From Pocillopora damicornis (Eukaryota), in NCBI RefSeq assembly GCF_003704095.1, contig NW_020843837.1:434001-498000 (forward strand): a stretch of 64,000 bases of DNA. Direction: 5' to 3'. The position numbers and the translations under genes are program-made. The notes under the pieces were generated by a model. That model did no database searches. It worked only from the letters and a program-made list of their open reading frames with translations, and was not told the origin of the DNA. Shown in pieces: positions 10,048-23,500 of the stretch. The first letter of the stretch is position 1, and the number at the start of each line of letters is the position of its first letter.

Positions 10048-13000
10048 ACGAGAGTTAATGGTATGGTAAAGATTATCCAGCGTTACATATAACAGGTACT
10101 ATTTGTGATAAAGCAATGAAGAGAGTTTTGAAAAAATATTTCAGGATTTTTGAACCTTAAGAAATTAAGTTAAAATTTTTTAATTCGTCTTTGGAATTCC
10201 ACATTATCTTTGTTACCTTTTCGTATGTTCGGGCATATCTGGTGTTTTTTTTGCCGAACAATAATTTAAAGGTGTTTTTATTTAGTAGAGAGGTATTTTT
10301 CTATGCAGATAAAAAACATGGTTCAGTTTCCTTAGTTATTGAATCGCGCGCCGACTCCGATGGAAAGAAACGGCGTCAGTAATAGCTGAATTCCAGGAAA
10401 ATTTTGACTGATTTGGTGTAAGACGCTTTTAAATCTATCGCTTGCGTTCTATCTGTATAGGTTATATTTTTTGTGTTGCATGTTAGTCTTCATATCACAA
10501 ATAATTTCGTAGAATTCCTCATATTTACCTATCTATTTAAATGTTTAATTTCATTTTTTCACGTCGCTTTTTACGAATTTGAATCAAAGTTGTATCTGGT
10601 CGTCGCTGTCATTACCGCGGACGGTAATCCTCTCACGAACTCACCTCCAGTATTTGTGCTACGAAACGAATCTTACAAATATTACAAAAACAAAGAACTC
10701 GTTGGGAATAAATGGGTAAAACAGTTTTCATATTTACAGCCTTCCAAACCAAAACATCCGTGTGCATTCAAATTTGTGTATATTGCAAAATGTAAATGTA
10801 TTCTCTACTTCGAATGAAATAATTATATGTAGTCTTCGTTCATTAGATTTAGGTCAACATCGAACTGTTCTGAGTAGAACCTGGAGCCTAAACGGACCTT
10901 TTAGGACAGATTTACGGGCCTCTGTCTGAGCCAAAGTGCTTTTGTTGTCATGAAAGAACTTGATAATTCACTCGACAAGCAGAGTTCCTTTCGCGCGAGG
11001 GGTAAATGCCGAAGTCGCCCTAAAACGTATTTCTTTTCATGTGGCAAGCAGTGCAAGTACAAGTATGGAATCTTTAGCGGTTGAAACGAAAAAAACTTTC
11101 ATTTATTACGACAGCTTGAAATTTTTTATGCGATCATAGAAAAGTCTTCATCGGAAATGTAGATGAACAGATACACCGCATTAAATGACATGATACAGTA
11201 TACAGTGATATTGACATTCATAGGGGATGATTAGAAATGATTTTTAGCCAGCAGAATACATCATTTTAACAAGATGAAAAAAAGGGTAAATACAAGGGTT
11301 AGTTCTTGTCGTTCTGCGGCGCAACAAATCGCCCATTTTGGTTTCACATCCTGGGAAGGCGGGCAAAGGCCTTAAAATCCCTCAATTTTGGTACTATATC
11401 CAAGACGACACATGGACTAAATTGTTGCATTTAAGCCAAAAGAAAAGGCGTCGTTTGTGTGAGTGTGTTTGAGAGTCTCACCTCCGGCACTCAGCTCTCT
11501 CCTGCCAACGCTCGCCCAGACAAAAGAAAAAAACGCATACAAAGCTTGAAAAGCATTGACGCTTGCCCTGTGCAGGGTAGCGGCACCTTGACCTTAAAGA
11601 ACAAAACATTTGTCAGTAACGCACGTGCACACCACGCAGCGGCAACGCCGCCTTGTTCGAGACCTTGGATCTTGAAAGATTTCCAGTCAAAGACGCTTTA
11701 TAGTAAAATCGTAGGCCCTTTCACTACAATTTTGTGTAACAAGACCTCTGTTTGACGGCGCCAAGGTAAAGAGTACCTCCAACCGAGAAGAAAGGGGGCA
11801 GTTTTCACAAATTTGCCCTGAGAACGAAACACCATTATTTACACGGCCAGAGCTTCTATTAAGATTTCGCACAAAGAAATCTTAATGCGTGATTCATTCT
11901 GTTCCTTTTATTACCTCTCTGCCTGTTTAACCAGTATGTGGGAAGAAGTCCATGGTATATTGCAGTCAACTCTTGGTGAACTTTGATCAAATGACCTTTG
12001 CTAATAATGTAACACCACAGTTCCGCTTAATTCGTCACTCACGCACTTTTAACTTTTCACAAAATAGCCTTTTCCTAAAAATAACCACACGAATTGTGTC
12101 TTTGTATCACAACACCGTTATCACACACAATAAAATAATAAGCTAAAAATGAAATACGAAATCATGACGCCTTTTTACCATAGCGCAAGGTCTATTTGAC
12201 TGTTCCCTGCCTCAAAACAATGTTGATTAATAGGGCCATGTTTTCGTTCAGCTGTTTCGTCACACCTTCGTGAGTCTTTCGCGCTCTGCGATTTGCGCAG
12301 CTTCCAACGAAAGTCTCTATATTGGAAGATACAAAATTCACTAAAACAAGCTATTTTGAACTTTTTCGTCAGAAACGCCATTTACAAGAAGTATCTCGAA
12401 CTGCATTAGATGCGAATTGGTTTAAGGTGAGAAATGAACTTTGGCAGTCAGTCTTCCTTGCTATTGATGCAACAACAAAATTACATTTGAAAATTGAATT
12501 TGCGTAGTTTAATCTGTTTAAATTATTGTAATCCGGCGGAGTTCTGACAATAGCTTGATCACATAATTTAAAAGCACTCAGTACCTTTTTTAAAATATTT
12601 TCTTCCTTGCCTAACAGTAAGATTCTATTTTTACACAAACAATAAAACCAGGAATAGAAAACAACCCCTGAAGTCTAAGAATGTCAAGAGACGGGGGTCA
12701 TCAAACAGTTACCCGCTAAATTTCAAAGTTTCTTTCCCCTTTTTCAACCAAAACACGCAGATTGTAATTTTTGTTACAAATTGGAGTTCTGCCGGAACTA
12801 TTTTTCATGCTCGAAAAGATTGGAAATTTAGCAACACTTGAAGACAGAACGGAACGCTTTTGTAAGAACAATTTCAGGCACAATATCTCACATACCAAAC
12901 TGTGTTCGTGACCTATGTAGATATTTTCATGCGGATCTGCCCTGTTTCCGGGCGGATGCCATTGACTGACCTCATTGTACCTTGGACTGTCGCGTAAACA

Positions 13001-13221
13001 AACTTAACTTTCAAGCATTAAAAACGTGACGAGTGCACGAAAAAATGATTTAAGCCGTCAACACGGATAATTTCATGTGTGTATCTCTGCACGTTCCCAT
13101 GAAGCTACGAGCTAAAGACAACGACAGTCAAATTTAAAAGCAAAACCGAGCAGAAGCAGGAATTGTGAATGAGCTTCGGTCGTTTAATTTTTTGCTGCAA
13201 CAAGGAAACGTTCGGTTTGAC

Positions 13222-13926
13222 ATGGGTCACTGTTGGTCGTGCATGTGTAGAGAAAAGAAAGCTCTCTTTCGTCGAGGAGGATGCCTAGAAGATTGGGTTT
13301 TCGTAGATTCCGATTTTGAAGACGACGAAGAAACATTTTACCGAGATGAAGCCCTCGACGAAATTCTGTCAGCCTTCGAGGAAGCTCTTTCTTGGCCGAA
13401 AGAACAAAACGACTTCCCCAATTCGACGGCCATTGATGCTATGAACGATATGTTCTGCATGGCTTCTTCAGAAATGTCTCGCTTGGCTTCGGGTGATAAA
13501 TTTACCGAGGCCGATGAAATAGCCGATGCTATCGTAGAACTCTACGACGTTTGGGGAGAGAGTGTCTTTAGCTCTCTGAACGTAACTTTTTTTACGAGAG
13601 AAGAGATTTCGCTCAACCGGTTTACCATTAAAGTTGGACAATACTTGAAACCAGAACCGTTGCAGGAGCGAGAAAATGACATAGCGGTCAAGCTGTATTT
13701 CTTCATTGTTTACGATATGGACCTGGAGAAATATGTTTGCACGTACCACTTGGAATACAGAGATTTTAGTGGCATGACCGCTGGAATTTATTTTCTGAGG
13801 CTTAAATGTCGCAGAGGAAGGTTCCAGGTTGCATCTTATGGCGAGAGTTGTCCAGTATACTGGAAGATTCGACAAGATGTTTTGAAAGACTTCTCCAAGA
13901 GAAAACGGACTTTTATTTCATGTTAA
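13222..13926 (+). CDS. Uncharacterised family paralog 3 (MGHCWSCMC...CPVYWKIRQDV), 234 aa, intronless
   Basis: ATG at 13222 in ORF 13165-13926; shares FTRE, GQYLKP, YHLE, YGESCPVYWKIRQDV with the other two copies. Confidence 0.82.
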   Translation: MGHCWSCMCREKKALFRRGGCLEDWVFVDSDFEDDEETFYRDEALDEILSAFEEALSWPKEQNDFPNSTAIDAMNDMFCMASSEMSRLASGDKFTEADEIADAIVELYDVWGESVFSSLNVTFFTREEISLNRFTIKVGQYLKPEPLQERENDIAVKLYFFIVYDMDLEKYVCTYHLEYRDFSGMTAGIYFLRLKCRRGRFQVASYGESCPVYWKIRQDVLKDFSKRKRTFISC

Positions 13927-16559
13927 TATAGTTTTGAACCCTCCAAGGATTTGAGATCGAGAATATGCACTGTCATTCACTAGCTGTAGATAGAAGTCTC
14001 TTTAAAATCACAGGAAATTTGTGATATTTGGAAAATTTCTACTCTTCCGTGTCTCCTATTTCGAGTAGTAAAATCTTCAGTGATCGGTAGTCATATTTTA
14101 TCCAGTTCACAATGAGGAAGTTTTGTAAATAGTGTACGATCTACAAGGAGTGGAAATATATTTGTTTGTCAGTCTTTGTTTTCGGTGTGTTTGGTAAAGA
14201 ATGGCAAGCGGAAAACTGAAAACTATGTACTACGGTTCTCATCGCCGCTGTTTCATACCAACTGATCACTATAAACTATGAATAAAACAAACATGACGAA
14301 GTTAAGAGTTGACCCATTAGTCCAGAAAGCGAAATCGGAGCTACTTTTTTGCGAAAAATAAACCTCCGAAATGTGTAAAAGATCTAAAATGCTGCCACAG
14401 TCTTTTGTTGAACAAGTAAGTCTAGACATTTTCGAAAGGTTCAATTTTTGGTTCAAGTTTGAGCCTTTTACGCCCGCCGTCGGCTGAGATTAACCCGATC
14501 CAACTTTCTATTAACTCCGCAATACCTGAGGCGTCCATTATCCCTGCTGCGATTTCAGTCACGATGACAAAAGTTGTGGGGTCTGGTGACAGTCTGGGAC
14601 AATTTTATTTACTGTACAAAGCCCTCATTAGTGACCCCGCAAGACGCGCTGTTCTCCGCTCGCGGGAATAGTTAGAACGAGTCGGGGTGAGGTCTACCGG
14701 GGGTCTGGCACCAACAATCTGAGCTGGACCCCTTGCAGACCAATAGATCGCCGACTCGACTCGCGCTGGTCAAGGCTTCGTATTTTCCTGCGGGCGAAAC
14801 GCACGTGCCGAAGCGATAATGAGCAGGACCTACTCGCAGGATATTGTATTTTTTGGAGGAACCATTGCGTTATGATGCTTTAACACCTTATTGAAAAATA
14901 AGGTGTTTATTAAAGCATTAGAGCTCAGTTCAGTGTGTGCTGCAAGGTGTTGTATGTTTGAAACGGAGTGTGTATGGCGACATCTCAATGGGGCATCAAT
15001 GATTGACAAAAGGACTTGGCAACCTGAGGATTATAACAACGTTCCCTGGAAAAGTCTGTCGGTCTCAAAATTTCTCTGTCAAATTCGAATCCCCCCACCT
15101 CTCTGTAAAACGTGAAGAGAAAAAAACTTGACATGTCAGTAAGGTTGGGAAGGGCGTAAGGACCTGCGAAGCGTGCAGGACTTTTGTTACTCAATCTAGG
15201 TTAGTATTTCAGGCTGTATCTTGGATAATTTAGCCTGAAGTTTTTTTTAAATTCGTCAATCGTAATCAGTTCAGTTCAATCTCTCCCATTCTTGGCCACC
15301 TCTGTTCCCTCTCGCTTAGTTGTTACTTCAGTGATTCTTTCGATTTTTGCAAACCTTTGAAACTGTATAAAAGCAATAAAACTGTAAAATCGTTTTTCAA
15401 ATTCTCATTCGTTTATTAAGATTGAAACTTTTTTGGCTAAAATCTGACAAAAAAATCTACATATCTATCTACAAAGCTATTCAAGTCTTTTTCCCACCCT
15501 ATATACAACTTATCATTTTGTTTAAGAAACTGAGTCATCCTCTATGTTGGAACTCTATTTAGTGAAATACGAAAACGGAAAATCACAACGATTTTCACTA
15601 TATTCTCTTATTGTCCACGCGATTGCTTGCTTGAAGCGCTCAAATATATCTGCGGTTTTTCTTTGCTGACTTTCTGATTGGATCTCTGTGAACTCCGCGC
15701 TGTAAAAAGACTCGACTCATGAAAAGAATGAACGAAATCATTTTCCGTCACTCGGGAGTTACGGCGCTTGCACAAAGTAATGATTTTCTACGATTTCTCA
15801 TTTGTGGACATGGTTTACTTTGAGATTTGCCTCAAAGTACTTTTTGATAACTTATGTAAACGATTCTACTTAAGTTGAAAAAGAAAAAAATTGCCTTTCA
15901 GGCCGAGTATAAATTATCAACCAACCAACTGCTCAAAGCGACCTGGCTAGAGAAGGAAAACAAACCGACCAAAAACATCCCAGATTTCCTTCGACAATGG
16001 GGCTAATTTGGTGATAAACACCAAACGAGAGAGTGAATGAATGAATGAACGTAAAAAGTGTAAAAACAAATAAAGCAAAATTACAAAAATCAGAAATAAT
16101 CCGATATTTTTTTTTTCGTAAGCTAGCTCAACATGTTTGGAAAACGAGAGAGTAAAACTCTTAAAAATTGGAATAACATCCAGTTTGAGGTACAACGTAA
16201 GTACGCGGTAATACGATAAAAACTAAGATTGACGGCACATGATAAAAATAATAAAAATGACTCCTTAGAAACAGGGTAAAACGAAGGGCCTTGACGAGGA
16301 ACTGTAAAAATTTTGTGAAATACCGGCAACGGAAGGCTCATCTGTATAAAAAAGAAAAAAATCATGACTTAAGAACCAACTGAAGCGAACAAAATCATAA
16401 AGCACTGAAACAAGGCAAATTGACATATATATAAGTGCTGAAACATGAGTAAAAGTAGAAAATACATATTTTACCTTTCAAGTTGTACCCAATCTTGAAT
16501 CAAATCATACCAAAGAATCTATCAAAAAAGCAGAAACAAAATGAAGCATGGATGCTTAC

Positions 16560-19500
16560 CTAAGAGTTATGCTTTACTTTAAGATCTTCAGGGCGCAGTT
16601 GTCTCTCTCCTTCACTGAGTAATATTTTAAGAGCCCTCTGAAGAAGAAAAACCCCCATTTCTCTCTTTTTCTTTTGAGGCCAAGATGCTGCCCTTCCGTA
16701 ATAATCACCTCTTTTCTTGTTTGTTAGTCGTGGAAGGCCTGAAATAAACAAAAACAATAACAACAAAAGAAACATAAACTGAAAAGCTTTAGTACGAGTC
16801 TCACCGGGGAATGTGTGTTCCCTTTTTATGCATAGAAAAAAATTGGGGATGAAAGGACACTAAGACACTAAGGGTGTATTGTTTTCGGTCTGAGTAAGTC
16901 ATGGACTCATGGGCTGGAGCAGTCTTAGTAGTCACGGATAACATTTGGCACTCGATTTAACCATGGTTGAAAATACAACGAAATGATAAGTATTCACGGG
17001 GATTATTTCAAAATTCGATTAGGATTAATTGACCATTTTAACCGATACTGGGTTATGTAATTTGGATGTGTTCAAAAGACAAGTGACATTTTCAACCTTT
17101 GAACGCCTTTTTCTCAGCTGTCAGTTGCTTTAACAGAGTGTTCGAATCTTTCATTTGGAGCAGTGGCTTGTCATATTGGTTTCAAGATCTTCACCCTGCT
17201 ACTCAGTGGAATTAATTCCGCCTGAAATAAGTTTAGTCTCCCTCGTGGCCTTTGTGTGATCTTGTCACACAGCGCGTTCAACACAATAATTATTTCAACT
17301 GTTAATAAAAACTACTGTCATACAAGTGACTATCAAACACTGAGAACATAATTACCAAGTGCATCTATCATGCACGCTTCCCTCGTGTATGCCTCCACCG
17401 GAATGACACTCTGAAAGATATGGAGCGACACAACACCAAGCCCAGCTGCCCAAATATCACGGATTTGTTGAATTTTGGGATTTTCCTGTTAAGGCAGAGC
17501 AATTTCATTAGAGTTTACAAAACAGTCTGGGATTGCATTGATTTTGCTACACGTTTATTGGTTTAGAAAACTCGCGCTTCTCTCCTCAAAGAGTTGCAAT
17601 GAGTTGACTACTAGCGTTTTCTGTCCTTGAAGCCCAGCAAAGTGTGTCGGGTTTGAGTTCTCGCTGGATCCATAAGATAATTACCTTGGATGTGATTGGC
17701 TGTTGCTCTTCGCGGGTTCAATAGCACTTCAAACCATTGTTCAATAGCGCTGCAAATCCCAGAGAACTCCAACGAAGGTGCCAGAACTTACGGCTAAAAA
17801 TTGCCGATACAATGTTCGAGAAGAGGTGAAGTTTTTTACAATTTGTATTAAGGAAAACGATTCTTCTTTTGATTTATTTGTAACTGCATCGCTGGTTCTG
17901 TTACTCAAAACAAAGATGTTATCATTAAAGCTTTGTATCTAATATTGCAATATGCATGGCATCTCTATGTACCTTGGCAGAGTTCATGGCTTCATTAAGA
18001 TGTGCGTAGGGTCTTGATCGCTTTCCTTTTCCCACGTAGAATATCGCCAAGATAAACACTCGGAAGACATCCTCAGGGCTCATACTTTTGGATCTCGTTG
18101 GTAGATTTTGAGTGACACGCGGATCAATAAGAAGATAATTAAATGAAGATTTTTCAGTCCTATAGAAAGTAAATGTAAGCTATGTGATACTTTAAAGAAA
18201 TTTGCTAACTGATCTATCAGAGGACATACCTGTACATGACCTCATCCAATTCATTAGCTATTTTTTTTGTTTCGTCATGCATAAAACAATTCAGTTTCAT
18301 ACTGCTGAACGTCTTTTCGATAAAATATTACGATGGTGTATAAAATATGGTTGGAATAAAATAAACAACAATATCAACGACGTTCATATTTACTGTAAAT
18401 AAGTTCGGACCACATTTTTACATCATCTGTAATCTTATATGAAAAAGAAAAAAAAGAAAAAAAAACAGACACTAAACAAAACAGAATTTATTTGTAAAAA
18501 AATTGCACTTAGTCCATACAAGAAAGTTAGATAGTGTTCCCGATTACATCACTTGAAATTATTGATTACACGAACGACTCACCCCTCCCTCCAATTCTTT
18601 TTACAGGTGAATTCTATGCACATAGACTCCTCCTCCTCAAACAAATCTGGCGTTTCTGCTTTCCCCTCCAAATGTCTCCTTAGCTCTGGTAGATACTCAC
18701 TATAGAGTGATTCCTAAGTAAAAAATAATTGCATTTAGGATACAGTTAACAAATTAATGCATACTATGGGAAAATCTAGTTCCCAGTGTCTCTCTTCTTC
18801 TTACTACCCTAGAACCAGAGAGAGTGGGGCAAGGGGGGAGAAGGGGGATCACAGGAAGGTAGGTCCACTCATAAGCTAGGTGATCTAGCACTTTGAACCA
18901 TTTTCCATCAAATGATGTAAAATTAATAGAATCTGAAAGGCCAATCATAACTTGGGAGAATATCACCACAGGCTGATGATAGAACTCGAGGAAAAAACTA
19001 GCCAACTGCTTGAGGCACAGGACAACTTTGGTGGCCAGGTCACCATAAATTTTAGTTTAGTGAATGGTTGAGAAGGGAGCATGAATGTTCTTGACAATCA
19101 CAGAGTGAATAAACTTAAGCCAATGTAAACCTGAACTAATTTAAACTCTCAATTGAGAATTCTCAGTGGTTGGCAAACCCACCAGATTTGTTTGTCAGAA
19201 TTTTTTTAGGCTTTCCAAACCTAAATGACTTTGCTCATCATTTCCTTTGAGATTAAGAACACAACAAACAACAAATTATATTTGCAGAAAATTTTTGTGT
19301 TTCAAATAATATGCAAACAAAGGGTAAAAAACTTAACTAAAGCGCTATATGTAAACAGTTTGTGGTTTTCAGGTTTGGTTGCATTTCCTGAACTTTATTG
19401 CAATTGGTCTGTATAAAAATTTACCTGTCACAATCAAATTGAACTTACCAGTAAAACAACAGAAGTGGTCACATTTTTCTAAATTTTGCAGAAGTGCAGT

Positions 19501-22500
19501 AGCAACCATTTGTATTGAACTAAATGAAAAACAGAAACTGCAAACTCCTTAGTTCAGAGCACAAAAAGAAATTTTGTGCATGGGAAGGGAGAAATCTTAA
19601 CACAACACAGTTACTTTCAACTCAGTTTTATTGTTGATGGCTCTCATGATAAGCCATTGTGACTTAACTTCAACACCAATACTTGATATATGTACCCACA
19701 CCCCGGCAGTTCCAAGTTAATATTCCCTGTTACTTTGCTGTGTTAGTTTTTACCTTTGAATCCATTGAGCCACTCTGTAGCCGAGCTAATCGTTTTATAT
19801 ACACATTTCTAGTGCTTGTCATGATTGGACCAGGTATTTCTCCATACTTTTGTAGTTCCATCCTGAGATCATTATTAGAAAGTTTGAAAAGATTCTCTGG
19901 CACAGTTATGGATTCATTGATGATAGACTGGTCCAATATTGTGCTGCACTCCTTCCAGTCATAGAATATGGTGCTATTGCCAAAATAAAACTCTGCAGGG
20001 TCTTCATTATCTGAATATAAGAGACAAGAGGTAAGTAAGTGAAAAAGGGGAATAGAAAATATGTCTGAGAAGTAACCCTTTAACTCCCACAAGTGACCAA
20101 GACAGAATTTCTCCATACAATATCGAGTAGACAAGTGATGAGAATAAAGAAAAATATCAATTAGGAGATTATTAACTGATCCATCACCAAATTCTCTGTC
20201 CAGACTAATATCATAAGAACTGTATAACAGACAGTAGGGAATATTATTAATGAGATCTTGAGAGTGAAAGGGTGAGGGCACCATAATTGAAACAAATCTT
20301 TCACCGTGCAGGGAAATATCAGCAGGTGTATACCAGCACTTTGAAAAGAATGTATCAAATATCCTTTTTTTTTTTTGCCATGTTATGGAATAATCACCTC
20401 TTCAAACCCTCCCAGGAGATTTGGGTTCAAAACAAATGTGACCTTTGATGGTTTTCAGACAATTATTGTGAACTAGATTGAGTTATGGTCAGAGAGGAGA
20501 GGGTAGTGGACGACATTGTCATAGTCTTGTGCAAAAGTTAGAAGAAGTTAACTAAGTTGGCCTCATTGTTCATGCAGATTTTTTTTCAGCTGATGTCTTT
20601 TAACTTGTACCATAAATTGAAATATGGGAAAAAAGAACTGCAATCTTTTGATATCCAAACAAAACACAATCAATTCTTAACTTATAATATGTACCAACCA
20701 TGCTCTTGATAACTTGTATGTTCCAGCCACTGCTTTGCACCTTCTTCTACGGTTTCATCACCATCTACAAGACTTAAAAGACCATGTTCAAAGGAATTAG
20801 TATAGGTATTTCGAGTGTAATTAGGTGTCAGTAGTAAGCATAACTAAATTTTTCAAAGACAACAAAATTAGAAGAGCCTGTAGGGCTAGTGCCATATAAA
20901 GTCCTTCAAAAGTTTATAAGTGCTTACGGTATTACACCAAATCGCAAGAGAAATCATGTTCTTACTTGTCAATAATGTCCATGAAAAAGCATCACAGAAA
21001 GTCAAGAGAGATGAAATTTTGAAAGCGAGTGTGCACCATTTGTAATTTACATTGTATTACAACTTTTCACTTACGTTACATGAGAATGCACTCATTTTCA
21101 GCCTATCAGAAGTGTGTAATTTTTTCATGTACATTGTTAATGGGGAAATAAAATTAAGTGATGTCTATTAAGGGTACTCTCTCAAAATATTGTTCTAAGT
21201 TAGACAACTTACAGCCCCATTAAATGTTGAAAAATAATTTTCAAAAACCCTGGAGAGAACACCATCCTGGTAATGTGGGAAGGAGCTCATGATTGTAGTT
21301 AGAAACCAGGGCATCACTCTTTCTGGCTGCTACTATCAGTTATAGGCTTGACTCAAGAGAGAGTTCTATGTACATGTCAGAGAAATAATTAAAAAAAAAA
21401 TAGTATGTTCTGTGTAAAGCTATGATCATTTTAGGTTAGGGTCATAATAGCCTTAAACCCTTTAACCCCTGAGAATGACCAGCTTCTAACTTCTCCTCAC
21501 AATATCACCCATGAATCAAACATTAAGGTTGCGAAAATCAAGGAAATGATCACCACCTCATGAAGCTCTTGATTTTTAACCAAATTCTCCTTGTCACCCT
21601 TTCAGGAAATGTGTAGAGAACAGTATGGAGAATATGCATACTGATATTAGGGTGTAAAGGGTTAAAAAGTGAAAAATGGCTGAAGGTACATGTGCATGTA
21701 AACACCAAAAGTGAATATAACATATATTATACAATTTATACCTGTTACTGGAGATACTTAGTTCAGTAATCTTATCGACCACCGTTTCATCCAAGTCACC
21801 TGAAGAAACATCGGCACTAAACCAAGGATGCAAGTTTGGAAATGTAACCACTGTCTGATCGAGCAAACTGTCTTCTGCAATTGCTGTGTAAAATGACTCA
21901 CTGAATCCACAACTGACTTCACCAACTGGCTGTTCATGTTTCATTCCATCCCATTTTTCTTCAGGAATACAGGTTTTAGATTCGTCCAAGCTTATGTTTG
22001 ACTCTACTTCTAATATAAATTTGATACACTGTTTTGCACTGGTCCCTTCGGACAAGGAGGCAAAATCCAGAACATTTTGTCCTTCATCATCTGTTTGATT
22101 GAGATCACCTCCATGGTTTATCAATAACTTTAAATTATCCAGCCTTCCCCAGAGAGCAGCAACATGAACAGGTGACATTCCCTCACTAGATCTGACGTTA
22201 GGATCTGCAGTCCTCAAACAAACCTCCAAAACCTCTGAAGCTTCCTGATCCTCGTGCCCAGCCAGCAGATGGAGAGCAGTAATACCATCCTCTAATTGAT
22301 CAGCTCTCGCTCCATTCAAACTGAGCTCCTTAGCAAGACTGCAAACGACAAATGGATGAAAAAGGACCTTACGACTTGTTTGGTACATGTCAATGATACC
22401 TTTTTAACAAACCGCGCATTTCGATTGACCAAAAACAATCAGAACAAGAAAAATACCGATGAAAATTCAAAGTTAAAACATGTGTATTGCTTGAAACACA

Positions 22501-23017
22501 AGAGGTTGCCAAGTTTATTTTTCCCGTGTAATTTGTTTCAATCGTTCATCTGATCGGATGAGAGCGAAGCTTTAAAGTTTTCAAACCGATCAAAGAGTAC
22601 AGGTAAGGAAAAACCGAACAAAGAGTACAGGTAAGGAGAAAGAACTTATACTTTTCGATCTTAAAATTCTCTGTGATCGCAATTACACATAACGGGTGAA
22701 AAAGAAATTGCTCATGAGACAAAAAAACGGCAACAAATCACAGGAACACATGATTGTCGCTTGGCAGAACATTGCAAAGTTAACTCAGTACAAGACTACA
22801 TATAGGAGCAGCATTTCCATTAGATCGTTTATGTCGATGAGTTGATAAATTACTGCAGTCTTCTGCTCCGATCGCTGATATTTATTGCAAATAAGTCAGC
22901 TATCGAAGCGATCAAAACAGTCATGCAAACCAACTTCACTTCATGAGCAAACGACAAATAGATGCATACGTACCTATAATTTTCTGATGCGATGGCCGAA
23001 AACAGTTCCTTGTCCAT
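16560..23017 (-). CDS. ANKLE1: Ankyrin repeat and LEM domain protein 1 (ankyrin-LEM-GIY-YIG nuclease, LEM-3 ortholog)
   Basis: Exons 23017-22974, 22338-21742 (ankyrin: GITALHLLAG, GMSPVHVAALWG), ~20765-20699 (uncertain), 20010-19754 (LEM: LSNNDLRMELQKYGEIPGPIMTSTRNVYIKRL), 18713-18583 (WREG), 18159-17973 (KSSFNYLLIDPR, FYVGKGKRSRPYAHL), 17485-17356 (EAYTREACMIDALG), 16738-16560 (GDYYG, EGERQLRP). Confidence 0.92.
20076..20272 (+). mobile_element. TTAA-type MITE, related subfamily
   Basis: CCCTTTAACTCC...GAGTGAAAGGG termini; AATTTCTCC..ACAATATC core. Confidence 0.7.
21458..21661 (+). mobile_element. TTAA-type MITE
   Basis: CCCTTTAACCCCT...AGGGTGTAAAGGG|TTAA; full-length ~200 bp. Confidence 0.8.
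22583..22637 (+). repeat. 28-bp tandem duplication in ANKLE1 intron 1
   Basis: AAACCGA(T/A)CAAAGAGTACAGGTAAGGA twice. Confidence 0.85.
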
Positions 23018-23500
23018 GCAGGTGGTTAAAATCGCTGTAGCTGCATGGCCCAGACAATCGTAGTTCAATCATAAAAATTTAAAAAATGATAAAGATTAAA
23101 AGGAAGGTATAAAAAAGAAACAGGCGAAGAAATTATCATGTCTGCTGAAGTTTACGTCGAAATTGGCGCCGAAATATATCCCAGCATTCCATGTAGTTAG
23201 AAGTGTCACACAATCGCTTAGACATCACCAAACATATTTGACACTCAAGGCTTCAGTATTTCTTACTCCTTTCATCTTTAGATTGATGTATGTAGAGATT
23301 TCAAGTTGTAATTCATCATTAAAAGTAATCTTGCAACATTTATCACGATTACTCCGTGACATATCTGAAATAGTTAGAGAGGCTCTCAATACTAGCATGA
23401 CGTTATCGTAACGTGACGTGTTGTCCAGACTGGGAACAACTTGGAACGCCTGCTGGAGAATGCCGAAGAGAATGAGAGTCACGAGATTTCACAATTCAAA
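23018..23500. promoter_or_regulatory. Probable divergent promoter region for ANKLE1 and GBA copy A
   Basis: 483 bp between divergent ATGs, CpG-containing, with two TGACGT half-CRE sites near 23398-23419. Confidence 0.5.

Noticed and set aside
22339-22388. ATG at 22388 as the ANKLE1 start
   Set aside because: A strong acceptor at 22338 splices in phase to an upstream exon MDKELFSAIASENY (23017-22974).
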